Positions 10,502 to 20,650 of a DNA stretch of 64,000 bases are shown piece after piece. Position 1 is the stretch's first letter. Every line of letters begins with the position of its first letter. This DNA comes from an uncultured Candidatus Bathyarchaeia archaeon (GTDB lineage: Archaea > Thermoproteota > Bathyarchaeia > Bathyarchaeales > Bathycorpusculaceae). The translations under genes and the position numbers were made by a program. The DNA lies in contig CAZWRU010000005.1 of NCBI GenBank assembly GCA_964636425.1, forward strand, positions 4,982-68,981, in the 5' to 3' direction. The notes under the pieces were generated by a model. The model did no database searches. It saw nothing but the letters and a program-made list of their open reading frames with translations, and was not told the DNA's origin.

Positions 10502-10828
10502 TTAAAGCCAGCCATGTGCAATAGTCGATGGGGTTGTGGCGCTTTTCTTTTGTTTTTCATGTTTTTTCTCTTTATTCTTGAAAGTGTTGATTTTAACAGT
10601 GTTTTTTTCTGAAGAAACCCAATGCGAACCGTTAAGCTTTCGCTGATAAATGAATTTATTCACTACTCGCTCTAAGTCCTGAGGAGAAATACCATCTGAA
10701 TCTGAAACCAGTTTATTTTGAGATGGGGTAAACTCGATTTTCAGTTTTGTATTCAGGAAAATATTCAGGCGTTCTCTTTCTTTATCAAGATCGCCTAAAT
10801 CCACCTGCAATTTGTGTCCAAATAGCAA
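10502..10828 (-). CDS. hypothetical protein (weak eukaryotic-L22e-like pattern, see findings)
   Basis: 108-aa ORF with a Lys-rich C-terminal tail. No firm motif. Confidence 0.4.
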   Translation of the reverse strand: MLFGHKLQVDLGDLDKERERLNIFLNTKLKIEFTPSQNKLVSDSDGISPQDLERVVNKFIYQRKLNGSHWVSSEKNTVKINTFKNKEKKHEKQKKSATTPSTIAHGWL

Positions 10829-10967
10829 AGTGTATCACTATATACCTGCAACTTACTTCTAGTATTAATAAGATGCGAATAAATTTAACTTGCTTAACCT
10901 TTTTACGCTATTTTTATGGAGCTTAAACTTTTATTAACTTGAGCAAGAAAGTGGCTTTAAGCGTGAA

Positions 10968-11819
10968 TTGATGACTAGGTACAATGCTTTACCTCTTTCA
11001 ACTAAATTTTGGCGACCGGGAGCCGATTACCTATTTGCTATAACATGTGCCCTTGAAAAAAGCGTTAATGATGGCGATTTTGTGGTTGTTTCTGAAAAGG
11101 CCCTTTCTACTGCTCTGGGCTATGTGATAGATGAGGATGAGTTTGTACCAAGTTTTTCCGCTAGGCTGATTACTAAGTGTTGGATGCGGTGGGGCTGGGG
11201 CTATTTTCTAGGGGTGCTCTGCAATTTTGGGCAAAGGTTGTTGCGTAGACTTCGTGAGTATCCGGTTGAATCAGGTAGCCGACATAAACAGGTTGCGTTG
11301 CAGCAGTCGGGGCTTATGCAGGCATTACTGTTTGGTTCTGAAGCTGGTATAGACGGGTCTAATTTGCCTTATGCGTTGGTGAGCTTGCCCTTGAAGGATT
11401 CTGGCGCAATCGCTGAGCAAATTTACCGACACATACGGCAAAAACTGGGAAAATATGTTGCCGTAGTCATTGTGGATACCGACAAAACTTACACTTTTCG
11501 TAATTTTCATTTTACTCCTCGACCAAAACCTCTCCGAGACATATATTCCGGAGGCAGTATTGTAGCTTATCTCTTGGGCAGATTGTTCAAGTTGAAGCGC
11601 CGTTCAACTCCTCTTGCAGTTGCAGGATGCGAAATGTCTGCTGAAACGGCATTGACCATTGCTAATGTTGCAGACCGTGCCCGTGGTCCAGGATCAGGAG
11701 CAACAGTATGGGACATGGCTTCCAGATTCAAGGTAACTGCGACTGGCGTAAGTTGGGAAATGCTTGAAGCGATAACCCATAAACCTATCGTTATCGTTCG
11801 AAAAACAAAAAACAAATAA
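10968..11819 (+). CDS. CofE-like (F420-0:gamma-glutamyl ligase family) protein
   Basis: 283-aa ORF. DGDFVVVSEKALS, GSEAGIDGSNLP and VAVVIVDTDKTY resemble the F420-ligase fold motifs as I recall them. Confidence 0.55.
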   Translation: MMTRYNALPLSTKFWRPGADYLFAITCALEKSVNDGDFVVVSEKALSTALGYVIDEDEFVPSFSARLITKCWMRWGWGYFLGVLCNFGQRLLRRLREYPVESGSRHKQVALQQSGLMQALLFGSEAGIDGSNLPYALVSLPLKDSGAIAEQIYRHIRQKLGKYVAVVIVDTDKTYTFRNFHFTPRPKPLRDIYSGGSIVAYLLGRLFKLKRRSTPLAVAGCEMSAETALTIANVADRARGPGSGATVWDMASRFKVTATGVSWEMLEAITHKPIVIVRKTKNK

Positions 11820-11869
11820 AATTTTAATTATTATCCAACTCATCAACAAAATAAAGTTTGAAAAGACCC

Positions 11870-12259
11870 TTAGAGATAGGCAACAACTACTACTCGGTCG
11901 TCATCTTTCAATTTAAGTGCATCACGCAAATAGATAGGCGCTATAATTTCTAACATATTAGCGGGGTATCCTTTAACTTGAGGTATTATAATTGAGCAGT
12001 CTAAGCTATTGATTGCCGCCTTGAAAACTTTTCCAAAACAGTACCCCTCAGCAGGATAAATCTGAATAGCTTTTTTTCCTTCAAGCTTTTTCCTTTGGTC
12101 CATATCTTCCTTTTTTATTCTTATATTCAGGGTTCCCAGGTAGGCAGTGTATCCCAGTTTTTCCAGAATTTGTGATTTAACCCAAGGTAATTCAAGATAC
12201 TTTTTTCCATTCCCTTGTCCCGAAGTAACAACACCGTTAAAAATTAATCGGTTCACCAT
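11870..12259 (-). CDS. ribK: CTP-dependent riboflavin kinase (archaeal type)
   Basis: 129-aa ORF. GVVTSGQGNGKKY ... LGYTAYLGTLNIR is characteristic of archaeal RibK. Confidence 0.85.
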   Translation of the reverse strand: MVNRLIFNGVVTSGQGNGKKYLELPWVKSQILEKLGYTAYLGTLNIRIKKEDMDQRKKLEGKKAIQIYPAEGYCFGKVFKAAINSLDCSIIIPQVKGYPANMLEIIAPIYLRDALKLKDDDRVVVVAYL

Positions 12260-12312
12260 ACCTTCTCAACAAAAAAATGTTTGATTTTATAGTCAGTCAA
12301 TATGGGGCATGA

Positions 12313-12687
12313 TTATTTTTGTTCTTTAAACCATAGAGCTACTTTACTAAGCATAGTATTTGCAGATATGTTGATGACCGGTATTATCATTTTTTCTTTG
12401 GTTTCTATAGTTGATTCATATCTTGGCATCATTGCATAACCAACGAATGTCCAGTAGACTTTTCGGCTTTCGATGAGCATTTTTGCAACTGCCGCATTCG
12501 AGGGCGGAAGTGGAAAATATAGAAAAACAACGCCTTCAGCCCAATATAGTCCCGCTAGTTTGCCACCTGCTATAACAGAAGTGAAACGTGCCAGCTCATC
12601 GGGGGTATTGAAACATGTTTTTTCTAAAATTATGATTTCTTTGAAAGGTTCATATTTGATGTTTATCTCGCCTGCAATTTTGCTCAT
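12313..12687 (-). CDS. hypothetical protein
   Basis: 124-aa ORF. No motif recognised. Confidence 0.45.
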   Translation of the reverse strand: MSKIAGEINIKYEPFKEIIILEKTCFNTPDELARFTSVIAGGKLAGLYWAEGVVFLYFPLPPSNAAVAKMLIESRKVYWTFVGYAMMPRYESTIETKEKMIIPVINISANTMLSKVALWFKEQK

Positions 12688-12807
12688 AAACCTTCATCAC
12701 TTAATAAACTAGTTTAGGTGGGTTCCCTTTTAACCTTGTCATGTCTAGAAAAAGTTATAGCGTAGTCGTGCATTAAGGCTTGCATCGGAAATAGAAGGTT
12801 ATTTGAT

Positions 12808-13887
12808 TTGCCAGAAATACGTGTTGCGCTTGTAGGTGTAGGTAATAGCGCCTGTGCTCTTATCCAAGGAACTCAATATTACAAAGAAGCAAAAGATAAT
12901 GCCACTGTTCCTGGGCTTATGCACGTCAACTTTGGCGGTTATCGCATAAAAGACATCAAATTCGTAGCTGCTTTCGAAGTTAATAAAAACAAGATCGGAA
13001 AAGATCTTTCCGAAGCTATTTGGGTTGCACCGAATTGCGCAGAAAAATTCGCCGACGTTCCCAAATTAAATGTAACGGTTTCACCTGCACCTATCCTAGA
13101 CGGTGTAGCTCCTCACATGAGAGAAGTCTTTAACGTTTATGATGACAGTAAGTATGACAAAACAAACGTTGTTAAAATTCTAAAAGAAACTAGAACACAG
13201 GTGCTCGTGAACTATTTACCGGTTGGTAGTCATGATGCAACTCGCTTCTATGCTCAAGCAGCCATGGATGCAGGATGTGCCTTTGTCAACTGCATGCCTG
13301 AATTCATAGCCTCAGAAAAAGAATGGTCTGAAAAATTTGTCAAAGCAGGCGTGCCGGTCCTTGGTGATGATATCAAAAGCCAAGTAGGAGCCACCATACT
13401 CCACCGTAACTTGGTACGTCTCTGCCTAGACCGCGGTGTCATAGTTGACGAAACCTATCAATTAAATCTCGGTGGCGACACTGACTTCCAGAACATGACC
13501 GTTGAAAATCGCCTCCAATCCAAACGCATCAGTAAAACCCAAGCAGTAACCAGTCTAGTTCCCTATGCACTGCCCACGCGTATAGGTCCATCAGACTTTG
13601 TCCCCTTCCTTAAGAACAAAAAAATCTGCTATATCTCTCTTAAAGGCCGCAAATTCGGCGATCGCCCAATTAACATAAGTGTTAAACTTGAGGTTGAAGA
13701 CTCTCCTAACAGTGGTGGTGTAGTAATTGACCTTATCCGAGCAGCCAAAATCGCACTTGATCGTAAAATTAGTGGTGCGCTGTTGAGCATGCCCAGCTAT
13801 GCTTTTAAACATCCCCCCGTTCAGGTTCCAGATTCGGAAGCAAGACAAAATACCGAAGATTGGATTGCGGGTAAACGGGAACGTTAG
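12808..13887 (+). CDS. inositol-3-phosphate (myo-inositol-1-phosphate) synthase, archaeal short type
   Basis: 359-aa ORF (TTG start). IRVALVGVGNSACALIQG Rossmann start, plus GDDIKSQVGAT and LNLGGDTDF motifs. Confidence 0.9.
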   Translation: MPEIRVALVGVGNSACALIQGTQYYKEAKDNATVPGLMHVNFGGYRIKDIKFVAAFEVNKNKIGKDLSEAIWVAPNCAEKFADVPKLNVTVSPAPILDGVAPHMREVFNVYDDSKYDKTNVVKILKETRTQVLVNYLPVGSHDATRFYAQAAMDAGCAFVNCMPEFIASEKEWSEKFVKAGVPVLGDDIKSQVGATILHRNLVRLCLDRGVIVDETYQLNLGGDTDFQNMTVENRLQSKRISKTQAVTSLVPYALPTRIGPSDFVPFLKNKKICYISLKGRKFGDRPINISVKLEVEDSPNSGGVVIDLIRAAKIALDRKISGALLSMPSYAFKHPPVQVPDSEARQNTEDWIAGKRER

Positions 13888-13905
13888 ATTATTTTCCCAC
13901 TTTCG

Positions 13906-13918
13906 TTTTTTGTTTTTT
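13906..13918 (+). terminator. oligo-T tract (two T6 runs) after the inositol-phosphate synthase gene
   Basis: TTTTTTGTTTTTT lies 19 nt after the stop. Archaeal terminators are typically oligo-T. Confidence 0.35.
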
Positions 13919-14055
13919 AAAAATAAAAGTTGTTGCCCGTGTATTCGGGCTATCTCTGTTTTTATTCTTCTATTTCTTTCTAAATTTCATCTACTTCCTT
14001 CACACGTTCGTTTACTGTGATTTTTATTTCTATAAGCTCATTTGACATTCGAACT

Positions 14056-14237
14056 TTAGCTTTGGCCTGACTTTTCAAGCTTCTTGAGATTCACCTTTGC
14101 AAGTGCCCTGCTTATATTGAGGGTGTTTGCAATCTCGTTGAGGTACATTTCGCAATTGACGAGTGTTGCTGTGATTCTTAGCCTTACTGGAAGCCTTATG
14201 GAATTGAGCTTTTTTTGAAGTTATTGATTTCGGGCAT
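14056..14237 (-). pseudogene. ArsR-like HTH remnant, frame broken at an A7 run and lacking the wing
   Basis: ATG at 14235-14237 opens MPEINNFKKSSIP*. The -1 frame continues ...KKLNSIRLPVRLRITATLVNCEMYLNEIANTLNISRALAKVNLKKLEKSGQS*, which resembles an ArsR HTH core. The break is at the homopolymer 14210-14216. Confidence 0.3.
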
Positions 14238-14344
14238 GGTATGCTCTCTGTATTAATTTAATTGGATGTGATCAAAAAATTACATGTAAATTTATTCTGG
14301 AAACATTTTTCGTGAAACTTTTTAAGGTCGACACCAACAGAGTA

Positions 14345-14785
14345 ATGAGCACAAAAAGGTGTACATCATTGGTCAACATTGAAGGGTACGAAATTCCTGA
14401 AGGGCTTTATTACTCAACAGACTTTGTCTGGGCTAAAACTGAAGACGACAAAGTTCGCATCGGATTCACTGATTTTGCCCAGAAACGACTTAAAGAAATC
14501 GTATACGCCGAATTATTAGAAGCGGGAACCACAATTAAACAAGGCGAATCATGCGGCACAGTAGAATCAGTCAAGGCAGTTTCTGATGTGATAGCTCCAG
14601 TCAGCGGAACTATAGACGAAGTAAATCAAGAGGTACTATCAAAACCAGAACTCCTAAACGAGGATTCCTATAACGCAGGCTGGCTTCTTATTCTCAAACC
14701 TACAAACCTGGACGCCGAATTGCCTAACTTAATGGATTTCGAAAAAGCAGTCGAGTGGCATAAAGCCCAAGTCGAATCGAAGTGA
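14345..14785 (+). CDS. gcvH: glycine cleavage system H protein (lipoyl carrier)
   Basis: The ORF track starts at GTG 14312. ATG 14345 gives a typical N-terminus (…YEIPEGLYYSTDFVWAK). Lipoyl-lysine motif GTVESVKAVSDV. Confidence 0.9.
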   Translation: MSTKRCTSLVNIEGYEIPEGLYYSTDFVWAKTEDDKVRIGFTDFAQKRLKEIVYAELLEAGTTIKQGESCGTVESVKAVSDVIAPVSGTIDEVNQEVLSKPELLNEDSYNAGWLLILKPTNLDAELPNLMDFEKAVEWHKAQVESK

Positions 14786-14794
14786 AGGCAATAT

Positions 14795-16138
14795 ATGCCT
14801 AATCGAATAGTAATTATCGGGGCAAGTGCAGCAGGAGTAGATGCGGCTTCAGCAGCAAGGAAAAAAGATCGCACAGCAGAAATAACTCTAATCACTCAAG
14901 AAAAAAATGCGGGCTACTCCCGCTGTGGTTTACCTTTTGTAATCGGGGGCCAAATTCCCGCCTTCAAAAATCTAATTGTTTATCCTCCTGCATATTTTCA
15001 AATGCTTAAATTGAACCTAAAAACTGAAACCGCAGTTAAGATAATAAACATCAAAGAAAAGACCGTTACCTTCATCAAATCTGGTGCCTCTGAAACAATT
15101 CCCTATGATAAACTTGTTATTGCTACTGGAGCATACGCATTTATGCCTCCCATAAAGGGGAACGACAAATCTGCCCTCTTTTCTCTCCGTACAATAGAGG
15201 ACGGTGAAAAAATAGAACAAGCCGTCAAGTATGGTGCAAAAACCGCAATTATAATGGGCGCCGGATTAATCGGGCTTGAAACCGGTGTTGCTTTAACGGA
15301 ACAAGGGGTGCAAGTAACTGTAGTTGAAATGCTATCCCAAATTTTGCCTAATATGCTTGACACAGACATGGCTAAACACGTCCAAAATTATCTAACCGAA
15401 AAAGGCTTGCGTATTCTAACAGGAAAAACCGTTGAAGAAATAACCGGTGACGAAAAAGCAACCGGCATAATAGCGGGTGGAGAGCAAATGACTGCCGACA
15501 TACTAATAAATGCCTTCGGTGTAAGGCCAAACATCGCACTCGCAGAAAAAACTGGTATACCCATCGGTGAATCTAAAGGCATAAAAACAAATATGCGCAT
15601 GGAAACCGAAATACCAGATATATATTCAGTAGGTGACTGCGCAGAAACTACCAATTTCGTAACCCAAAAACCAATCTGTGCACAACTAGGAACTGTAGCC
15701 GTTAAACAGGGGAAAGTCGCTGGCATAAACGCTGCTGGCGGAAACACTGAATATACAGGCGTTATTGGATCAGCAGTAACTAAATTATTCGACTTACAAA
15801 TCGGAGTTACGGGACTAACTGAGACCGCAGCGCAAAAGGCAAAAATTCAAGTTATTACAGCTACTATACACTCCAAGACAAGAGCCGAATATTACCCCAA
15901 TGCGTCGCCAATAAAAATCAAGCTTATTGTTAGAAAAGATACCCAGGAAATTCTGGGAGCCCAGATAATTGCTGGCGAAGAAGTAACCCAACGCATAAAC
16001 GCTTTATCTTTTGCCATACAAAAACACATGACAGTTAGCGAGCTCGCAAAAGCTGACACTGCATATGCCCCCCCGCTAAACGAAACTTGGGAACCTATGA
16101 TTACCGCTGCAGAAATAGTTCTTATGAAAATGAGGTGA
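14795..16138 (+). CDS. pyridine nucleotide-disulfide oxidoreductase, NADH oxidase / CoA-disulfide reductase family
   Basis: 447-aa ORF. FAD fold IVIIGASAAG, single redox Cys motif YSRCGLPF, NAD fold IIMGAGLIGLE, plus SVGDCA. Confidence 0.85.
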   Translation: MPNRIVIIGASAAGVDAASAARKKDRTAEITLITQEKNAGYSRCGLPFVIGGQIPAFKNLIVYPPAYFQMLKLNLKTETAVKIINIKEKTVTFIKSGASETIPYDKLVIATGAYAFMPPIKGNDKSALFSLRTIEDGEKIEQAVKYGAKTAIIMGAGLIGLETGVALTEQGVQVTVVEMLSQILPNMLDTDMAKHVQNYLTEKGLRILTGKTVEEITGDEKATGIIAGGEQMTADILINAFGVRPNIALAEKTGIPIGESKGIKTNMRMETEIPDIYSVGDCAETTNFVTQKPICAQLGTVAVKQGKVAGINAAGGNTEYTGVIGSAVTKLFDLQIGVTGLTETAAQKAKIQVITATIHSKTRAEYYPNASPIKIKLIVRKDTQEILGAQIIAGEEVTQRINALSFAIQKHMTVSELAKADTAYAPPLNETWEPMITAAEIVLMKMR

Positions 16139-16144
16139 AAACCA

Positions 16145-16169
16145 TTTTTTTTAACACGCCTTCTTTTTT
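16145..16169 (+). terminator. oligo-T tracts (T8 and T6) after the oxidoreductase gene
   Basis: TTTTTTTT at 16145-16152 and TTTTTT at 16164-16169, directly after the stop at 16138. Confidence 0.35.
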
Positions 16170-16260
16170 GTCTATCTAATTAACTGACCTCTTGAATGAT
16201 GATTATTTTAAAATTAATCAAATAGTTGTATCTGAAAGTATGTATTACCTATTTCGTAAG

Positions 16261-16274
16261 AAAATTATTTAAGC
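16261..16274 (+). promoter_or_regulatory. putative TATA-like element for gap-pgk
   Basis: AAAATTATTTAAGC lies about 50-60 nt upstream of the TTG start at 16323. An SD-like GGTGAT is at 16312-16317. Confidence 0.3.
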
Positions 16275-16292
16275 TATAGTCAAAGATAGCTT
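16271..16292 (+). promoter_or_regulatory. perfect 7-N8-7 palindrome (AAGCTAT-N8-ATAGCTT), candidate operator
   Basis: Read directly: AAGCTATAGTCAAAGATAGCTT. It overlaps and follows the TATA-like element and lies 31 nt upstream of the gap start. Confidence 0.3.
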
Positions 16293-16322
16293 CATAGCAA
16301 AAAAGTACATGGGTGATTTTGA

Positions 16323-17342
<1,020 letters not shown>

Positions 17343-17406
17343 TCCCAACTCAAACCTTAAAAACAAAACGTCCCTTTCTTTTTTAGTTAACGGGAGATAT
17401 GGTGAA

Positions 17407-18639
17407 TTGGCAAAATACCAAATACTCGACGATGTTAACGTGAAAGGCAAAGTTGTTCTTGTACGAGTTGACTTTAACAGCGAAATCAATCCAGCAACCC
17501 AAAAGGTTACCAGTGATGTACGTATCCGAGCACATGCAGAATCAACAATAAAAGAACTTTCCGAAAAAGGCGCTAAAGTAGTAATTTTAGCACATCAAGG
17601 GCGCAGGGGCGATCCAGATTTTACTTCCCTCAAGGAGCACGCTGAGATTTTAGGAAAAATCCTTAACACCCACATACAATTCGTCGATGATGTTTACGGA
17701 GAAAAAGCTAAGATTGCCGTAAAGAATTTAATATCCGGACAGATTCTCGTTCTGGACAATGTGCGTTCCTTCGCTCAGGAAACTAAAGAAGGTACGCCTG
17801 AGCAGCATGCAAAAACTGATTTGGTTCAAAATTTGGCGCCTCTGGCTGATTTATTTGTTAATGATGCTTTTGCCGCGGCGCATCGTGCACATGTATCGAT
17901 GGTAGGATTTACGGCGGTCTTACCTAGCGCTGCTGGCCGGGTTATGGAAAGAGAGCTTGTCTCATTGAGTAAAGCACTTGAGAAACCTGAACATCCATGC
18001 GTTTATGTTATGGGCGGTGGAAAAGCAGATGATGCTCTTGAAATCTCAAAATATGTTCTTACTAACAATATAGCTGACTATGTTCTCACAGGCGGGGTTG
18101 TTGGACAAATGTTTCTATCTGCCAAAGGTTACAATTTAGGTAAACCAACTAAGGACCTGATAGTAAAGAAAGACCTCGCCGGTTTTATTCCTGGATTAAA
18201 AATACTTCTTAAGCAATATTCTGATAAAATTATCGTACCGTCAGACCTTGCAGTAATCATTGATGAAAAACGCAAAGAAATACATGTCGATGATTTGCCT
18301 GTAGAGTATCCAATTTTTGACATAGGATCCAAAACAGCTGAAATCTACGGCAAATTTATTGCTCTAGCAAAATCAGTTGTAGTCAGCGGACCTATGGGTG
18401 TATACGAAAACAAAAAATTTGCAATTGGCACAAAAAAGGTCTTCACATCGGTAGCAGACTCGTGTGCATTCAGTTTAGCTGGCGGAGGACACACAATATC
18501 GGCACTGCAAGGGTTTGGTCTGTCCAGCAAAATCAGTTATATAAGCACAGCTGGTGGGGCGTTAGCCGAATTTCTAATGGGCAAAAAGCTTCCGGGCGTA
18601 GTAGCGTTAGAAAATTCAGTTAAAACGAAAATATCCTAA
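17407..18639 (+). CDS. pgk: phosphoglycerate kinase (archaeal type)
   Basis: The track ORF starts at 17320 and overlaps the gap 3' end. In-frame TTG at 17407 follows GGGAGA and gives MAKYQILDDVNVKGKVVLVRVDFNS, a typical PGK N-terminus. ILAHQGRRGDPDF motif present. Confidence 0.9.
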   Translation: MAKYQILDDVNVKGKVVLVRVDFNSEINPATQKVTSDVRIRAHAESTIKELSEKGAKVVILAHQGRRGDPDFTSLKEHAEILGKILNTHIQFVDDVYGEKAKIAVKNLISGQILVLDNVRSFAQETKEGTPEQHAKTDLVQNLAPLADLFVNDAFAAAHRAHVSMVGFTAVLPSAAGRVMERELVSLSKALEKPEHPCVYVMGGGKADDALEISKYVLTNNIADYVLTGGVVGQMFLSAKGYNLGKPTKDLIVKKDLAGFIPGLKILLKQYSDKIIVPSDLAVIIDEKRKEIHVDDLPVEYPIFDIGSKTAEIYGKFIALAKSVVVSGPMGVYENKKFAIGTKKVFTSVADSCAFSLAGGGHTISALQGFGLSSKISYISTAGGALAEFLMGKKLPGVVALENSVKTKIS

Positions 18640-18643
18640 TTCC

Positions 18644-18649
18644 TTTTTT
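18644..18649 (+). terminator. oligo-T tract after pgk
   Basis: T6 run 5 nt after the pgk stop. Confidence 0.3.
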
Positions 18650-18735
18650 GTTTGTTGATGCTTTTGTATACCAACTTAACTTAGTTAATACCAGCTTAAG
18701 CTTGTATTGATGACAAATTAGAAATAAACCCTGCA

Positions 18736-20316
18736 ATGTTATTTAGATTAGGACAAGAGGCGAATTTGTTGACCGATATTGTGTTTGTATTTGAAGTCCA
18801 TCAGCCCCATAGGTTACGAAAGAACCTGTTTTGGGAAAATAAAGTTTTTAGGCGGGTCAAAAAAGAGGATTTGTTTGACTATTATTTTGATCACGAGGTT
18901 AATCGGGAAATTTTTAATCGGGCGGCAAAGAAATGTTATTTTCCTACTAACCAAATTCTACTTGACCAGATAGATGCTCACCGTGGAGAGGAACGGAAAG
19001 TTAAGGTGTCTTTTAGTCTCTCTGGGACGTTTTTAGAACAATGCGAGAGGTTCAATTCGGATTTGCTGGACAGTTTTAAACAGTTGGCAAAGACCGATTG
19101 TGTCGAATTTCTCGACCAGACATATTACCACTCAATTGCCAGTCTCTATCACGAAAAAGAAGAGTTTCTTAAACAGGTGACTATGCATCGTGATACAATA
19201 AAGAGCCTACTGGGTTTTACTCCAAAAGTTTTTGAGAACACTGAGCTCCTCTACAATAACTCTATAGCGAAGTTAATTGAAAATCTGGGATACAAAGGTA
19301 TTTACACTGAGGGGGTCGAGAGAATTCTGGGCGAAAAATCCCCAAATTACCTCTATACCCCCAAGGGCGCAAAAAAGATTCGTCTTCTACTACGTAACTA
19401 TAAACTCACAGACGACATCGGTTTTCGTTTTAGTGCTCGATGGTGGAATGAATGGCCACTTACAGCTGAAAAATACGCAAGATGGATTGCTGATGCCCGA
19501 GGGCAATGCATAAACATATTTCCAGACTACGAAACCTTCGGGGAGCATCATTGGCCTGAAACTGGTATACATGACTTCTTAAAACACTTGCCTGATGAAT
19601 TATTAAAATGGCCTCATTTGCGTATGGCAACGCCTTCAGAAGTTATCGATAAGTATTCACCGGCAGGAGAAGTGGATGTGCAAGAAAGTGGTGGAACCAT
19701 TTCCTGGGCTGATGTTGAACGCGATAGCAGTGGCTGGTTAGGTAACACTATGCAATGGGCTTACTACAAAAATCTCCAAAGACTTGAGCCTTTAATATAC
19801 GAAGCTGATGATCCCGAATTTCTAAGGTTATGGCGGTACTTTCAAACAAGCGATCATCTTTACTATATGTTTGCAGCTGGTGGCGGACCAGGAGAGGTCC
19901 ACTCCTATTTTAGCCCCTTTGAATCTCCAGTTAATGCCTTTGTAGCTGCAGAAATGTCCCTTTATGACTTTGAAAACCGAGTGCGCACCGCTATTCTAAC
20001 TGCCAACGATCCTTTTCTTTTCTGCACAGGAGATGGGACAGAGACTTTTACTGGTACAATAGCATGGAGCCTAAAAGGATTCTTAAAAGCACTTCAAACA
20101 GTGGATATTAAGGCAATAGAGTTCCATAACTCTCGAGGCGACTTCGAACGCTGGGCAGAATATTCCTTACATGATGAACTACTTCAAGAACAATTTAAAG
20201 CAATAAAAAAGTTAAAGTCAAAAGGTAAAACTCTAAGACGGAAAATGATATCTGCAGTAAAAAAGCGCTATACTCTAGCTAGTAATCAAGTTCAGGCGGC
20301 AACGAAGCTATTTTAG
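18736..20316 (+). CDS. glycoside hydrolase family 57 protein (alpha-amylase / alpha-glucan-active)
   Basis: 526-aa ORF. N-terminal FVFEVHQPHRL signature, plus EFLDQTYYH and FENTELLYN regions typical of GH57. Confidence 0.85.
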   Translation: MLFRLGQEANLLTDIVFVFEVHQPHRLRKNLFWENKVFRRVKKEDLFDYYFDHEVNREIFNRAAKKCYFPTNQILLDQIDAHRGEERKVKVSFSLSGTFLEQCERFNSDLLDSFKQLAKTDCVEFLDQTYYHSIASLYHEKEEFLKQVTMHRDTIKSLLGFTPKVFENTELLYNNSIAKLIENLGYKGIYTEGVERILGEKSPNYLYTPKGAKKIRLLLRNYKLTDDIGFRFSARWWNEWPLTAEKYARWIADARGQCINIFPDYETFGEHHWPETGIHDFLKHLPDELLKWPHLRMATPSEVIDKYSPAGEVDVQESGGTISWADVERDSSGWLGNTMQWAYYKNLQRLEPLIYEADDPEFLRLWRYFQTSDHLYYMFAAGGGPGEVHSYFSPFESPVNAFVAAEMSLYDFENRVRTAILTANDPFLFCTGDGTETFTGTIAWSLKGFLKALQTVDIKAIEFHNSRGDFERWAEYSLHDELLQEQFKAIKKLKSKGKTLRRKMISAVKKRYTLASNQVQAATKLF

Positions 20317-20389
20317 TTTTGCATCCATGCAAATGCCTTTATTAGGATAAAAATCTGAGTATAAGTGAGCTGTAACGGGGGCTATTGAT

Positions 20390-20641
20390 ATGAGAGATGA
20401 ACTTCCATTTCCGGAAAAAGTTCTGCAAACATTACATAACCTATGCGCTACTGCAGCTGATTTAGCGCGAAGAGGCGAAGAGGTCGCACGAATAATCCAG
20501 CATGACCCAAATGAAATCGAAGTTATACTTGACCAGTACAAAATCGAAGGATTCGCAGAAAGCTTCTTTGATAGCGAAGGAAAGAAACGCTACTATCTCA
20601 CAGGAAGAGGAATAATTAAAGTCTGTTCACTCTTCACCTAG
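20390..20641 (+). CDS. small hypothetical protein inside the glucan cluster (possibly winged-helix-like)
   Basis: 83-aa ORF between the GH57 and glycosyltransferase genes. No firm motif. Confidence 0.4.
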   Translation: MRDELPFPEKVLQTLHNLCATAADLARRGEEVARIIQHDPNEIEVILDQYKIEGFAESFFDSEGKKRYYLTGRGIIKVCSLFT

Positions 20642-20650
20642 TGAAAAATC

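Noticed and set aside
10421-10612. 63-aa plus-strand ORF overlapping the 3' end of the 108-aa minus-strand gene
   Set aside because: It is short, low-complexity (Phe/Leu-rich) and overlaps a better-supported ORF, so it is probably non-coding.
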